Positions 19,019 to 29,982 are shown, counted from the stretch's first letter. The stretch: DNA of 49,535 bases from an uncultured Mycobacterium sp. (GCA_964196535.1 CAXMUG010000076.1:1-49535); one strand, 5' to 3'. Numbers and translations are program-made. The notes: generated by a model not told the origin, from the sequence alone.

Positions 19019-20266
19019 ATGAGCGTATTCGAATACAAAAATAACCTTTTGCATGCAGAAGATGTAAATCTACAAGAGCTAGCAGATGCTTATGGCACGC
19101 CTTGCTATGTGTATTCAAAAGCAGCGATCGAAACTAACTATCGTGCTTATGAAACTGCGTTAAGCCAATGGTCATCACGTGTCTGTTACGCAGTAAAAGC
19201 TAACTCCAATTTAGCGGTGTTAAATTTGTTAGCAAAACTGGGGGCAGGTTTCGATATTGTTTCCATCGGCGAGCTTGAACGCGTTCTTCGTGCTGGGGGA
19301 AATGTTAAGAAAGTTGTGTTTTCTGGTGTGGCCAAGCGTGCAGATGAAATTCGACGTGCATTGGTAATGGGAATTGATTGTTTCAATATCGAGTCCACCG
19401 CGGAGTTACAACGTTTAGATGCCATTTCAAGAGAAATGGATATTCATGCGAAAGTTTCTTTGCGGGTGAATCCTGATGTGGATGCCGCTACACACCCTTA
19501 TATATCTACTGGTTTAAAAGAAAATAAATTTGGTGTGGATATTAATGATGCACTGGAAATTTATCAGCAAATCGTAGCGTGCAGTCACCTACAAGCAGTC
19601 GGCGTGGATTGTCATATAGGTTCGCAGCTATTGGATTTGAGTCCATTTCAATCTAGCTTTGAAAAAGTTTTTACGTTGGTAGATCAATTGTCTGAGGCGG
19701 GTATTGATTTAAAGCACATTGATATCGGTGGTGGCTTGGGTATTCGTTATGAAAATGGTGAGCAACCTCCCACCATGCAACAGTATGCAGAAGTGCTAAC
19801 GCCCTTTATGCAAAATCGAGACGTTGAGATATTTATTGAGCCAGGCCGTTCCATCGTTGGCGATGCGGGGATACTTCTCACCCGAGTTGAGCACATAAAG
19901 AATACCCGTGATAAAAACTTTGCTCTGGTAGATGCGGCAATGAATGATTTAATGCGCCCTTCATTATATTCAGCCTGGCATGACATCACTGCAGTTGAAC
20001 AAACGGATGGCAAATCCGTCAGCTATGATGTGGTGGGGCCAGTGTGTGAAACCGGGGATTTTCTAGGTAAAGAACGAGACATGTCTATACAAGAGGGGAG
20101 CCTGCTGGCCGTGCATGCGGTAGGAGCCTATGGATTCGTAATGTCGAGCAATTACAACACTCGCTTACGTGCTGCAGAAGTTTTGGTTGATGGAGATCAA
20201 GCGAATCTAATTCGAATGCGAGAAACGTTCGATCAGTTATTGGCCAACGAAATCATTCCTGAATAA
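19019..20266 (+). CDS. lysA: Diaminopimelate decarboxylase
   Basis: 415 aa. YAVKANSNLAVLNLL (PLP lysine), GGGLGI and CETGD motifs. Confidence 0.95.
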   Translation: MSVFEYKNNLLHAEDVNLQELADAYGTPCYVYSKAAIETNYRAYETALSQWSSRVCYAVKANSNLAVLNLLAKLGAGFDIVSIGELERVLRAGGNVKKVVFSGVAKRADEIRRALVMGIDCFNIESTAELQRLDAISREMDIHAKVSLRVNPDVDAATHPYISTGLKENKFGVDINDALEIYQQIVACSHLQAVGVDCHIGSQLLDLSPFQSSFEKVFTLVDQLSEAGIDLKHIDIGGGLGIRYENGEQPPTMQQYAEVLTPFMQNRDVEIFIEPGRSIVGDAGILLTRVEHIKNTRDKNFALVDAAMNDLMRPSLYSAWHDITAVEQTDGKSVSYDVVGPVCETGDFLGKERDMSIQEGSLLAVHAVGAYGFVMSSNYNTRLRAAEVLVDGDQANLIRMRETFDQLLANEIIPE

Positions 20267-20280
20267 CTAGGGTTTTCCTA

Positions 20281-20940
20281 ATGGATAGGACAGTTGAACC
20301 AGAGTTAATGAATGACCCTGAACAGGTGCTTGCCTATACAAATGCAGATTTCGAGCTTGCGCATCAAGCTGTAATCGAAAACTTCAGTCAAATTTTCCCA
20401 GATGACCCACCATTACAAAATATGCTGGATTTGAGATGTGGCTCAGGCGATGTCACCGTGCTTTTTGCGCATCGATACCCTAGCTGCAAAATTGATGCAG
20501 CAGATGGTGCAGAAAAAATGCTCATGCAAGCTGAAATTCTTATAAAAAAAGAATCTTTAAGTGAACGCATAACGCTGCATCATCAACCATTAGCAAATTG
20601 CACTTTTAAAAAAACCTACGATGCAATTATTTCCAACAGCCTGTTACACCACTTGCATGAGCCGCAACATTTATGGTCAATCATTAAACAATATACGAAG
20701 ACCGATACTGCGATTTATGTGTGTGATTTGTTTCGACCTGAAACAATGCAAGAAGCAAGAGAGTTAGTTGATCAATATGCGAACAAGGAACCAGAAATTT
20801 TGCGCAAAGATTTTTATAACTCATTGCTAGCAGCCTTCACACCGGATGAGGTGCGCGCTCAGATTGAAAATGCGAAATTAGGTAGCTTGAACATAGATGT
20901 CGTTAGCGACCGGCATATGCTTATTTACGGATACATATAG
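20281..20940 (+). CDS. Class I SAM-dependent methyltransferase
   Basis: 219 aa. Motif I-like MLDLRCGSGD, followed by DAIISNSLLHHL. Confidence 0.7.
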   Translation: MDRTVEPELMNDPEQVLAYTNADFELAHQAVIENFSQIFPDDPPLQNMLDLRCGSGDVTVLFAHRYPSCKIDAADGAEKMLMQAEILIKKESLSERITLHHQPLANCTFKKTYDAIISNSLLHHLHEPQHLWSIIKQYTKTDTAIYVCDLFRPETMQEARELVDQYANKEPEILRKDFYNSLLAAFTPDEVRAQIENAKLGSLNIDVVSDRHMLIYGYI

Positions 20941-21374
20941 TGGACCAACAAACTGAAATTATTTATAACTTGCCTAGCAATATAGAATTAATTGCGCTTT
21001 TTGAGCGAATTAAAAGCATTGCTGTTATAGGGTTATCACCTAAACCGGATCGTCCTAGTCACCGTGTAGCAAAACATATGCAAGAATTTGGTTTTGAAAT
21101 CATTCCAGTTCGACCTGCAGTGAGGGAAGTGCTTGGTGTTAAGGCGTATGCTTCTTTATCAGAGGTTCCATGTGCAGTGGATTTAGTGAATGTATTTCGA
21201 GCGCCAAAATTTATAGCGGAACTAACTGAGCAATGTATAGACAATAAAGTTAGCGCATTGTGGTTCCAAGAAGGCGTGGTTGATATAGATAGTGCTAATC
21301 GAGCATGCAAAGAAAACATATTCACAGTTATGGATAAGTGTATTTACAAAGAGTATGTTCGTTTAATGAAGTAA
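20940..21374 (+). CDS. CoA-binding domain protein (YccU/YneT-like)
   Basis: 144 aa with a GTG start abutting the upstream stop. IAVIGLSPKPDRPSHRVAKHMQEFGFEIIPVRP is typical of the CoA_binding_2 family. Confidence 0.7.
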   Translation: MDQQTEIIYNLPSNIELIALFERIKSIAVIGLSPKPDRPSHRVAKHMQEFGFEIIPVRPAVREVLGVKAYASLSEVPCAVDLVNVFRAPKFIAELTEQCIDNKVSALWFQEGVVDIDSANRACKENIFTVMDKCIYKEYVRLMK

Positions 21375-21465
21375 CGTTTGTAGTGCTCTAAAGAATATTC
21401 TTAACGAATAGGTTTAATTAACATTTTTTTACTAACATAAAGCCATATTTATATAGTGGGTTGTT

Positions 21466-22296
21466 ATGAAATTTCGATTTGCAAAAATGCACGGATTAGG
21501 TAATGATTTCGTCGTCTTCGATGCTGTGAATCAAGACTTGCAATTATCTAGCGAAAAAATTCGTTGGATTGCAGATCGAAAATTAGGTGTAGGCTGCGAT
21601 CAAATTTTAGTCATAGATTCTGCAACGGATGCGGATGTTGATTTCAATTATCAAATCTACAACAGCAATGGTGAAGAAGTTGAACAATGCGGAAATGGCG
21701 CACGTTGTGTCGGAAGGTTTCTGGCTTTGAATGGATTAACAAATAAAACTTCGATAAACATCAAAACTATTAGTGGTGTATATCAAATTTACATTCGCGA
21801 AGATGATATGATTACTGTGAATATGGGTGCACCCATTTTTGAACCTGAAATAATTCCATTTTCAGCGCACACACAGGCATCGAGTTATGAAATCGATGTA
21901 GAGGGTGAGCAAGTGAAGATTGGAGCAGTTTCAATGGGCAATCCGCACGCAGTGCTACAGGTGAATGATATTGATAATGCACCTGTAGAAATTTTAGGCC
22001 CCAAACTAGAGAAACACTCGATGTTTCCAAACAAAGCCAATATAGGCTTTATGCAGGTGTTAAACCCGCAACACATCGCTTTACGCGTGTATGAAAGACA
22101 CGTAGGCGAAACCAGTGCCTGTGGTACCGGTGCTTGTGCTGCAGTTGCAGTTGGGCAGACTCAAGGTCTGCTTGATAAAAATGTAACAGTAGACTTGCCT
22201 GGTGGAAGCTTGCAAATAGAGTGTGAAAACAATGCTGCTCCAGTGCTAATGACTGGACCCGCACAATTTAGTTTTGAGGGGAGCCTTAACTTATGA
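21466..22296 (+). CDS. dapF: Diaminopimelate epimerase
   Basis: 276 aa. FAKMHGLGNDFVV, catalytic CGNGARC and SACGTGACA motifs. Confidence 0.95.
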   Translation: MKFRFAKMHGLGNDFVVFDAVNQDLQLSSEKIRWIADRKLGVGCDQILVIDSATDADVDFNYQIYNSNGEEVEQCGNGARCVGRFLALNGLTNKTSINIKTISGVYQIYIREDDMITVNMGAPIFEPEIIPFSAHTQASSYEIDVEGEQVKIGAVSMGNPHAVLQVNDIDNAPVEILGPKLEKHSMFPNKANIGFMQVLNPQHIALRVYERHVGETSACGTGACAAVAVGQTQGLLDKNVTVDLPGGSLQIECENNAAPVLMTGPAQFSFEGSLNL

Positions 22297-23030
22297 CAAC
22301 GCAGACCAAGCCTAAAGTATCCGCTACAGCCGAAGGCCCAGCACCAAAAGCGAAAATTACACGTGATCATGTAGCACGGTATTTGCGCACGCATAGTGAT
22401 TTCTTTACGCATCATGCTGATTTGATCGAAACCTTAGCTATTCCGCATGAAACAGGAGTGGCAGTCTCATTAGTAGAGCGGCAAGTTGAACTATTGCGCA
22501 ACAAGAATAAAGAGCTTGATCAAAAGCTGCACCAGCTCATTAAAGTTGCAAAAGATAATGAGAAAGTCAGTCATCGACTGCATGCCATCACGCTTGGCTT
22601 AGTATCTATTCCAGGCTTTGATGAAACACTAAGTGGCATTCATGACTTAATGCACGCAGATTTCCCAGGTACTAGGGTAAATATACGTTTATTCGATGCG
22701 TTGCCTGAAACTACGGTTAAAGATTGCGATGCAATAGAACAAACACTGCAAAAATCCAAACTCATTCAAGACCTTTTCTCTAGTCGCCGACGTGGCGTAG
22801 CGTTTCTTACTAAGCGCCAAATTGAAAACGTGTTTGGTGATGAAAAAGAGAAAAAACCTATTCGTTCAGCCGCTGCAGTTGCATTAAAGAAGAACCAGCA
22901 ATTAGGCGTATTATTTTTAGGTAGCACTGATGCCAATCGTTTTCAAAACGGTATGGGAACTTTGTTCTTGGGTAACTTAGGTGAAATTCTTGGTTCAAAG
23001 TTACAACAATTTGTTCCCGTTGCAGTTTAG
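22293..23030 (+). CDS. DUF484 (YigA-like) protein
   Basis: 245 aa. 4-nt overlap with dapF, ITRDHVARYLRTHSDFF start, and position between dapF and xerC. Confidence 0.8.
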   Translation: MTTQTKPKVSATAEGPAPKAKITRDHVARYLRTHSDFFTHHADLIETLAIPHETGVAVSLVERQVELLRNKNKELDQKLHQLIKVAKDNEKVSHRLHAITLGLVSIPGFDETLSGIHDLMHADFPGTRVNIRLFDALPETTVKDCDAIEQTLQKSKLIQDLFSSRRRGVAFLTKRQIENVFGDEKEKKPIRSAAAVALKKNQQLGVLFLGSTDANRFQNGMGTLFLGNLGEILGSKLQQFVPVAV

Positions 23031-23171
23031 TAAGCTAAATTCTTGAGCAAATAAATACCGATTAACAAAAATTGTGTTCGCTTTATCTTGTAAAAAACTA
23101 TAAAAATATACAAAAACTATAAATAAATGCTAACGTAGTACTTTATTTAGCCAGGTTTAATAAACCCAGGT

Positions 23172-24185
23172 GTGTTTATGGAAGTAGTTACTAGTCCTGA
23201 AAGTGAACAACAAACAGGGCAACCCAAAGAAGTAAAACAAGCTACACAAAAACTTTTTCAACGTTACCTGCGCTATCTTAAAGATGAACGCCGGTACTCT
23301 CCAGCTACGCTAGATAGCTATCAAAGAGATCTTCTTCAATTCATAGATTTTATCAATGCAGTAAATGTCACCGATTGTTGTGATGTAGATAGCCTGCATG
23401 TGCGCAATTACGCGGGTTCACGTCGACGACGTGGTATATCCGCAAGAAGCTTGCATCGTTCCTTAAGTGCCATTCGTGGTTTTTATACCTTCTTACAACG
23501 TGAGCAATTAATCGAAAACAACCCAGTTGCTGATGTCAGCGGGCCCAGTATTGAGAAAAAATTACCCAACCTGTTAGATGTAGATGAAATTAATCGTCTA
23601 TTAAATGAAGGGCCGCAAAACCCTCTTAAGTTACGTGACTACGCAATGATGGAGCTCATGTATTCATCTGGTTTGCGTTTGGCGGAAATGGTGAATTTGA
23701 ATTTAGATGCAATTGACCTCGCTCAGGGGCAGGTGCAAGTTTTAGGTAAAGGCAATAAAACGCGATATTTACCGATTGGCTCCAACGCTTGCAAAGCCTT
23801 AAATAGATGGCTAGAAGCGCGTACCAACATTGTCGCCGAAGGCGAGCTAGCTGTGTTTATTAATAATCGCGGTAATCGTTTATCGCCACGTGCAGTGCAA
23901 CAGCGCATGGCCCAGGCTGGTAGAGAACAAGGTTTAGATAAACATGTGCATCCTCATATGTTGCGACATTCTTTCGCAAGTCACTTATTGGAATCAAGTG
24001 GTGATCTACGTGCGGTACAAGAAATGTTGGGGCATGCTGATATCAGTACCACGCAAATCTATACGCATCTAGATTTTCAACACCTGGCCCAGGTGTATGA
24101 CAAGGCCCATCCGCGTGCGAAGAAATCTCAACAATCTGATTCACAACCCGACCTCATCGAAAATTCCTTCCCCAAAGACGACTAA
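23172..24185 (+). CDS. xerC: Tyrosine recombinase XerC
   Basis: About 335 aa. ARSLSAIRGFY, HPHMLRHSFASHLLE and LGHADISTTQIYTH motifs. dapF-DUF484-xerC synteny. Start is GTG 23172 or ATG 23178. Confidence 0.9.
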   Translation: MFMEVVTSPESEQQTGQPKEVKQATQKLFQRYLRYLKDERRYSPATLDSYQRDLLQFIDFINAVNVTDCCDVDSLHVRNYAGSRRRRGISARSLHRSLSAIRGFYTFLQREQLIENNPVADVSGPSIEKKLPNLLDVDEINRLLNEGPQNPLKLRDYAMMELMYSSGLRLAEMVNLNLDAIDLAQGQVQVLGKGNKTRYLPIGSNACKALNRWLEARTNIVAEGELAVFINNRGNRLSPRAVQQRMAQAGREQGLDKHVHPHMLRHSFASHLLESSGDLRAVQEMLGHADISTTQIYTHLDFQHLAQVYDKAHPRAKKSQQSDSQPDLIENSFPKDD

Positions 24186-24243
24186 ACCTCACTTTTAGTC
24201 GCGTAATTAAACCGCGATATAGGCTTCATTCCACAAGGGTTCC

Positions 24244-24272
24244 CTTGAAAAAGGGTTATGGTGTTCTCATAT
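24244..24272 (+). promoter_or_regulatory. Candidate sigma-32 (heat-shock) promoter for hslVU
   Basis: CTTGAAA (24244-24250), a 14-nt spacer, then TCTCATAT (24265-24272). The consensus is CTTGAAA-N13-15-CCCCATnT. It lies 74 nt upstream of the hslV ATG. Confidence 0.5.
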
Positions 24273-24345
24273 AGTTTATTTGAGAATACCTTTCTACTAA
24301 AAAACCAGCTCATCATTCCCAAAACTTATATATGGAACCATTCAA

Positions 24346-24864
24346 ATGACCACAATTGTCTCGATACGTCGTAACGGCAAAGTAGCACTCGGCGGTGACG
24401 GCCAAGTATCCCTTGGCAACACCATCATGAAGGGCAATGCGGTAAAAATCCGTCGCCTGTATAAAGATAAAGTCATTGCAGGCTTCGCCGGTGGTACAGC
24501 AGATGCGTTTACTTTATTCGAACGTTTTGAAAGCAAATTAGAACAACATCATGGGCACCTGACTCGCGCTGCGGTAGAGCTCGCTAAAGATTGGCGCACC
24601 GATCGCATGTTACGCAAATTAGAAGCCTTGCTTGCGGTTGCAGACGATACTGCATCACTAATTATTTCCGGTAATGGAGATGTGATTGAACCAGAAGATT
24701 CATTGGTAGCGATTGGCTCCGGTGGACCGTTTGCACAATCTGCCGCACGTGCACTGTATGAAAATACGGATCTAAGTGCGAAAGAGATTGTAGAAAGATC
24801 TTTAAATATCGCTGCCAGTATTTGTATCTACACCAACACCAGTATTTCTATAGAAGAACTATAG
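24346..24864 (+). CDS. hslV: ATP-dependent protease subunit HslV
   Basis: 172 aa. The [25 protein letters not shown]-terminus includes the catalytic Thr2. Confidence 0.95.
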   Translation: MTTIVSIRRNGKVALGGDGQVSLGNTIMKGNAVKIRRLYKDKVIAGFAGGTADAFTLFERFESKLEQHHGHLTRAAVELAKDWRTDRMLRKLEALLAVADDTASLIISGNGDVIEPEDSLVAIGSGGPFAQSAARALYENTDLSAKEIVERSLNIAASICIYTNTSISIEEL

Positions 24865-24901
24865 ATTCCTAATAAACAAATTACAGATAGAACGAATTTA
24901 T

Positions 24902-26230
24902 ATGTCAAACATGACGCCACGAGAAATCGTACAAGAACTCGAAAAACACATCGTCGGCCAGGATGAAGCCAAGCGTGCAGTGGCCATCGCATTGCGGAAT
25001 CGTTGGCGGCGTCTGCAATTACCTGAAGAGCTACGGGTTGAAGTCACACCGAAAAATATTTTAATGATTGGTCCAACCGGTGTAGGTAAAACTGAAATTG
25101 CACGTCGCTTAGCAAAATTAGCGAACGCGCCTTTCATAAAAGTTGAAGCGACTAAATTCACCGAAGTAGGTTATGTCGGTAAAGAGGTCGATTCAATCAT
25201 TCGTGATCTGGTCGATACCGCAGTAAAAATGACCCGTGAAACCGAAAAAGAGAAAGTACGCTTCCGTGCAGAAGAAGCGGGCGAAGAACGAATTTTAGAT
25301 ATTTTAGTACCGTCGCGTGTTGACCCTTTGTCCGAAGATAAGCCAGACGAAAACAATGAAACCCGACAGAAATTTCGTAAAAAACTTCGCGAAGGCGATC
25401 TTGATAAGACCGAAATTGAAATTGATTTAGCTGCAACACCCGTGGGTGTAGAAATTATGACGCCACCGGGTATGGAAGAAATGGCCGATCAGCTTCAAGG
25501 TATGTTCAAAAACATGAACACCGGTAAAAAGAAAACCCGCAAAATGCGTATCGAAGAAGCCATGAAGGCGTTAACCGAAGAAGAAGCGCATAAACTGGTA
25601 AATGAAGAAGAGTTAAAAGCCGATGCACTAGAGAGTGTTGAACAAAACGGCATCGTATTTTTAGATGAAATCGATAAAGTAGCTAAAAGTGGCAACACCA
25701 GTGGTGCAGATGTATCGCGCGAAGGTGTGCAACGTGATTTATTGCCTTTAGTAGAGGGTTGTACTGTTAACACGAAATACGGCATCGTGAATACCGACCA
25801 CATTCTATTTATTGCCTCCGGTGCATTCCATGTTGCTAAACCATCGGACCTCATTCCAGAGCTTCAAGGCCGTTTACCGATTCGTGTAGAACTCAAAGCA
25901 TTGTCAGTAGATGATTTTGTACGTATTTTGACAGAACCGGATGCCTGTTTAACTGAGCAATACACAGCGTTAATGAATACTGAAGGTGTTACGCTGGATT
26001 TTGCTGAAGATGGCGTGCGAAAAATTGCACAAGTCGCACATGATGTGAATGAATCTACCGAGAATATTGGTGCGCGTCGATTACATACGGTAATGGAACG
26101 TCTACTAGAGAGTATTTCTTATAATGCTCCGGATGAAAGTGGCAAGTCATTTACGATTGATGCAAGTTACGTTGATGAAAATATCGGCGAGCTTGTTAAA
26201 GACGAAGATTTAAGTCGTTACATATTATAA
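24902..26230 (+). CDS. hslU: ATP-dependent protease ATPase subunit HslU
   Basis: 442 aa. Walker [26 protein letters not shown], and C-terminal DLSRYIL. Confidence 0.95.
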   Translation: MSNMTPREIVQELEKHIVGQDEAKRAVAIALRNRWRRLQLPEELRVEVTPKNILMIGPTGVGKTEIARRLAKLANAPFIKVEATKFTEVGYVGKEVDSIIRDLVDTAVKMTRETEKEKVRFRAEEAGEERILDILVPSRVDPLSEDKPDENNETRQKFRKKLREGDLDKTEIEIDLAATPVGVEIMTPPGMEEMADQLQGMFKNMNTGKKKTRKMRIEEAMKALTEEEAHKLVNEEELKADALESVEQNGIVFLDEIDKVAKSGNTSGADVSREGVQRDLLPLVEGCTVNTKYGIVNTDHILFIASGAFHVAKPSDLIPELQGRLPIRVELKALSVDDFVRILTEPDACLTEQYTALMNTEGVTLDFAEDGVRKIAQVAHDVNESTENIGARRLHTVMERLLESISYNAPDESGKSFTIDASYVDENIGELVKDEDLSRYIL

Positions 26231-26253
26231 ATTTATTATTAAAGGAAATTACT

Positions 26254-26616
26254 TTGGCCATAGCAACTCCAACCAATATTCAGTTACATCAAAAATCTCG
26301 TATGCTAGAGATAGAGTTTGATGATGGCCAGCAATTTGAACTAAGCTGTGAATATTTACGCACGCATTCTCCTTCTGCAGAAGTGCAAGGTCATGGGCCT
26401 GGGCAAGAAGTGCTTCAACTAGGCAAAGAAGATGTAAACATCACAGCAATTGAGCCAGTGGGCAACTATGCTGTCGTATTAGTGTTTGATGATAACCACA
26501 GCTCAGGAATTTTTTCTTGGGATCATTTATACAATCTTGGTATAAATAAAGAAGCGAATTGGTCACGTTACTTAGAGCGATTGAAAGAAGCGGGGCATGA
26601 GAGAAAAGGTTCTTAG
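26254..26616 (+). CDS. DUF971 domain protein (gamma-butyrobetaine hydroxylase-like N-terminal domain)
   Basis: 120 aa with a TTG start and AAAGGA RBS. The CEYLRTHSPSAEVQGHG pattern is typical of DUF971. Confidence 0.65.
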   Translation: MAIATPTNIQLHQKSRMLEIEFDDGQQFELSCEYLRTHSPSAEVQGHGPGQEVLQLGKEDVNITAIEPVGNYAVVLVFDDNHSSGIFSWDHLYNLGINKEANWSRYLERLKEAGHERKGS

Positions 26617-26676
26617 TTTTTACTTCGGCAAGAAAGGAAGATTTGCCTTGATTTTGAAAAGCTTTGCTCGTGACTT

Positions 26677-26868
26677 TTAGCTATTAGTCATATCCCACCA
26701 TGCAACTAATACGAACCCTGTAAAACAGATAAGTGTGACGAGAAAGTATTTCGATTTTCTTTGTTTTTGACGAATCGGATCGAGTGCGATCCAAGTGGAA
26801 ACCACAATGCCAATAAAAAATATCACCATAAGTATGGAGGGTATTTTTAATGCTGCGAGTGATTCCAT
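26677..26868 (-). CDS. Hypothetical small two-TM membrane protein
   Basis: About 63 aa from ATG 26868 (the track gives TTG 26889). Two hydrophobic helices. No family recognised. Confidence 0.35.
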   Translation of the reverse strand: MESLAALKIPSILMVIFFIGIVVSTWIALDPIRQKQRKSKYFLVTLICFTGFVLVAWWDMTNS

Positions 26869-27010
26869 TCTGATATTCCGAAAAACCAACCTAATGAGGT
26901 AACTCTAGCAAATTCAATCTAATACTAGCAGTACTAAATCTAATCCCCATTGACCGCTTATTTTGTTTAAACTGTGCGGATAGTTCGATAATTAAAATAG
27001 CCTCACACCC

Positions 27011-27775
27011 ATGCCAGAAGAAATTAGACAAGCCAAATCCACGCACTTTGGCTATCAAGACGTAAGCCCTGAAGAAAAGACTGAAAAGGTCACTGCGGTC
27101 TTCGAATCGGTAGCGGGTAATTACGATGTCATGAATGATGTGATGTCATTCGGTTTGCATAGGGTATGGAAACGTCATTTTGTACATCTGGCTAATATTC
27201 GTCCTCATTTTCAAATTTTAGATCTCGCAGCGGGTACGGGAGATGTCTCTGCCTTATTTGCACCAAAGATTGGTGACCGGGGTTCGATCACTTTGTGTGA
27301 TCCAAATGGTGCAATGCTGGAAGAGGGCCGTCAGCGGATGGTGGACAAAGGTCTGCTGAAGAATATTCATTACGTGCAAGCAATGGGGGAAGATCTTCCC
27401 TTTCCGGAGAATCACTTTGATCGTGTGACTATTGCGTTTGGTTTGCGCAACTTCACGGATAAAGATAAAGCCTTACGCACCATCTTTAAGTTATTAAAAC
27501 CAGGTGGTCAGTTGATGGTGTTGGAGTTTTCTAAACCTAAACAGTGGTTGCAAGGCGTATACGATACCTATTCATTCAAACTGTTGCCAAAGATGGGCGA
27601 AATCATTGCTAAAGATGCGGAGAGTTATAAATACTTGGCTGAATCGATTCGCAAGCACCCCGACCAAGAAACCTTGAAGTCCATGTTTGAAACTGCAGGG
27701 TTTGAGAAATGTGATTATCTAAATTTGAATGGCGGTATTGTTAGTATTCATCGTGGTTACAAACTCTCTCTGTAA
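27011..27775 (+). CDS. ubiE: Demethylmenaquinone/ubiquinone C-methyltransferase UbiE
   Basis: 254 aa. [34 protein letters not shown] and [13 protein letters not shown] motifs. Confidence 0.95.
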   Translation: MPEEIRQAKSTHFGYQDVSPEEKTEKVTAVFESVAGNYDVMNDVMSFGLHRVWKRHFVHLANIRPHFQILDLAAGTGDVSALFAPKIGDRGSITLCDPNGAMLEEGRQRMVDKGLLKNIHYVQAMGEDLPFPENHFDRVTIAFGLRNFTDKDKALRTIFKLLKPGGQLMVLEFSKPKQWLQGVYDTYSFKLLPKMGEIIAKDAESYKYLAESIRKHPDQETLKSMFETAGFEKCDYLNLNGGIVSIHRGYKLSL

Positions 27776-27790
27776 AATCAAATAAATTAA

Positions 27791-28417
27791 ATGCTCGTTA
27801 ATTTAATCAACAATGCGCTGAAGAAGTATTTAGACATCGATCCGGAAATTTCTGCCAAGCTAAGTAAGTTTGAAGGTCAATGTTTGTTGGTGCATTTAAC
27901 CGATATAGAAAAAGAATTTATGGTCACCCCTGTAAATGCAGGTGTCGTGGTAAGCGAACACGTAGTAGATGAAGATACTTCAGGAGAACCCGAACTTAAT
28001 ATTACGACTACCATACATTCAAATATCATCAGTCTCGCAAGAATGGGTTTAGGGTCTGAATATCAGTCGATGTTAAATAGCGGTTCGTTAAAAATTGAAG
28101 GCGATGTAGAGTTTGCCAATCAACTGCGATCTATCTTTATGCAGGTTGATATCGATTGGGAAGAGGTGGCTTCTAAATATGTCGGTGATGCAGCTGCCTA
28201 TCAAGTGGGATTGTTTGTTAATAAATTTAAAAATTATAAAAAACGTTCAGTGGATAACTTTCGTTTAGATGTGAGTGAATTCTTGCAAGAAGAATCACGC
28301 ATTCTGCCGACTAAAGTTGAATTAGACCGTTTTATGGGTGATGTGGATGATTTAGATGCCAATGTGCAACGATTGGAAGCACGAATTCAACGTTTAATGA
28401 ATACTGTGGAATCATAA
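27791..28417 (+). CDS. ubiJ: Ubiquinone biosynthesis accessory factor UbiJ (SCP2 domain)
   Basis: 208 aa. Located between ubiE and ubiB. SCP2-like N-terminal domain and coiled-coil C-terminus. Confidence 0.75.
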   Translation: MLVNLINNALKKYLDIDPEISAKLSKFEGQCLLVHLTDIEKEFMVTPVNAGVVVSEHVVDEDTSGEPELNITTTIHSNIISLARMGLGSEYQSMLNSGSLKIEGDVEFANQLRSIFMQVDIDWEEVASKYVGDAAAYQVGLFVNKFKNYKKRSVDNFRLDVSEFLQEESRILPTKVELDRFMGDVDDLDANVQRLEARIQRLMNTVES

Positions 28418-28419
28418 CG

Positions 28420-29982
28420 ATGCGTTATTTACGTTTACTGTTCCGAATTCTGCACATCAATTTGGTTTTATTTAGGCATGGCTTAGAAGAGGTACTGCTT
28501 GCCGTACCATTTTTCCGTCCAATTCGTTTCTTATTATTTTTAATGCCATGGCATTGGTTTCGTAAATTAGAAACCAGCCATGGTGCGCGTATTCGTCGTG
28601 CGTTAGAAGATCTAGGGCCTATCTTTGTTAAGTTTGGACAGGCCTTGTCTACACGACGCGATTTATTGTCTGAAGACATCGCAGATGAGTTAGCTAAACT
28701 ACAAGATCAGGTGCCTCCATTTGAAGGGGTGGTTGCACAAGAAATTATCGAAAAAGCCTTTAAAAAGCCTGTAAGTGAAGTATTTAAAGAATTTAGTGTA
28801 GAGCCATTAGCCTCTGCATCGATCGCGCAGGTGCATTGTGCAACCTTGCACGACGGTACTGAAGTGGTGGTTAAAGTGTTACGCCCGGGAGTTGAGAAGC
28901 GCGTACGCAGAGATTTAGAACTGATGCATTCCTTAGCTTCTATTGCGCATCGCTATTGGGAAGATGGCAGACGCTTGCGCCCTAAAGATGTAATCGATGA
29001 ATATGAACAAGTCATCATGGATGAATTAGATTTAATGCGCGAAGCAGCCAATGCAAGTCAGCTGCGCAAAAACTTTGCAAATTCAACCGACTTGTATGTT
29101 CCGGAAGTTTATTTTGAGTTGTGTCATCGTAATGTAATGGTTCAGGAGCGTATTCGAGGTATTCCTGTAAATGACATGAAGGCGCTACGTGAGCACGGCG
29201 TAAATCTTAAAAAGCTATCAGATCGTGGCAGTCATATCTTTTTTACCCAGGTGTTTAGTCATAATTTCTTTCATGCAGATATGCATCCTGGAAATATTTT
29301 TGTTTCTTATGAAAACCCTGAAGATCCAAAATACATCGGCGTAGATTTTGGCATCATGGGAACTTTAGCGTTAGAAGATCAACGCTATCTTGCAGAAAAT
29401 TTATTAGCCTTTTTAAATGCAGATTATCGTCGCGTTGCTGAACTACATTTAGAGTCCGGCTGGGTGCCATCTGATACTCGTGTGGATCAATTTGAGTCTG
29501 CAATTCGTACAGTGTGTGAACCCATCTTCCAAAGACCGTTAAGTGAAATTTCATTTGGTAGTTTGCTATTGCGCTTATTCCAAACTGCACGCCGTTTTAA
29601 TATGGAAGTGCAGCCGCAATTGGTTCTGTTGCAAAAAACATTATTAAACATTGAAGGTTTGGGTCGCACCCTAGATCCAGATTTAGATTTATGGAAAACG
29701 GCAAAACCATTTTTAGATCGTTGGATGAGCGAACAAGTTGGGCCACGTGCTTTGATTTCCGGTTTGCGAAAGCAGCTACCACGTTTAGCTGAAAGATTAC
29801 CTGAGATGCCTGATTTAATTTATTCAGGCTTGAAAACCTTTGAGCAGGGTCAAACCAGGCTTGAAATGCATAGCCAAGAGCTTATAGAGCTTCGCCAAGA
29901 AATAAAAAAGTCTAATCGTAATTTATTATTTGCTCTAGCAATCGGGTTTGCTGGTGTAATTTCTGCAATCTACTTCTTCTAA
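28420..29982 (+). CDS. ubiB: Ubiquinone biosynthesis regulatory protein kinase UbiB
   Basis: 520 aa. LGPIFVKFGQALSTRRDLL, ASIAQVH, FHADMHPGNIF, and a C-terminal TM region. Confidence 0.95.
   Translation: MRYLRLLFRILHINLVLFRHGLEEVLLAVPFFRPIRFLLFLMPWHWFRKLETSHGARIRRALEDLGPIFVKFGQALSTRRDLLSEDIADELAKLQDQVPPFEGVVAQEIIEKAFKKPVSEVFKEFSVEPLASASIAQVHCATLHDGTEVVVKVLRPGVEKRVRRDLELMHSLASIAHRYWEDGRRLRPKDVIDEYEQVIMDELDLMREAANASQLRKNFANSTDLYVPEVYFELCHRNVMVQERIRGIPVNDMKALREHGVNLKKLSDRGSHIFFTQVFSHNFFHADMHPGNIFVSYENPEDPKYIGVDFGIMGTLALEDQRYLAENLLAFLNADYRRVAELHLESGWVPSDTRVDQFESAIRTVCEPIFQRPLSEISFGSLLLRLFQTARRFNMEVQPQLVLLQKTLLNIEGLGRTLDPDLDLWKTAKPFLDRWMSEQVGPRALISGLRKQLPRLAERLPEMPDLIYSGLKTFEQGQTRLEMHSQELIELRQEIKKSNRNLLFALAIGFAGVISAIYFF

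Noticed and set aside
23093-23123. Direct repeat AAAAACTATAAA occurring twice (23093-23104 and 23112-23123) upstream of xerC
   Set aside because: It is short, AT-rich and low-complexity in an AT-rich intergenic region, so it is likely a chance or promoter-associated A-tract.
23172-24185. Tyrosine recombinase considered as a phage or island integrase marking a mobile element
   Set aside because: The conserved dapF-DUF484-xerC synteny and XerC-type motifs indicate the chromosomal dimer-resolution recombinase. No att-like repeats or phage genes are nearby.
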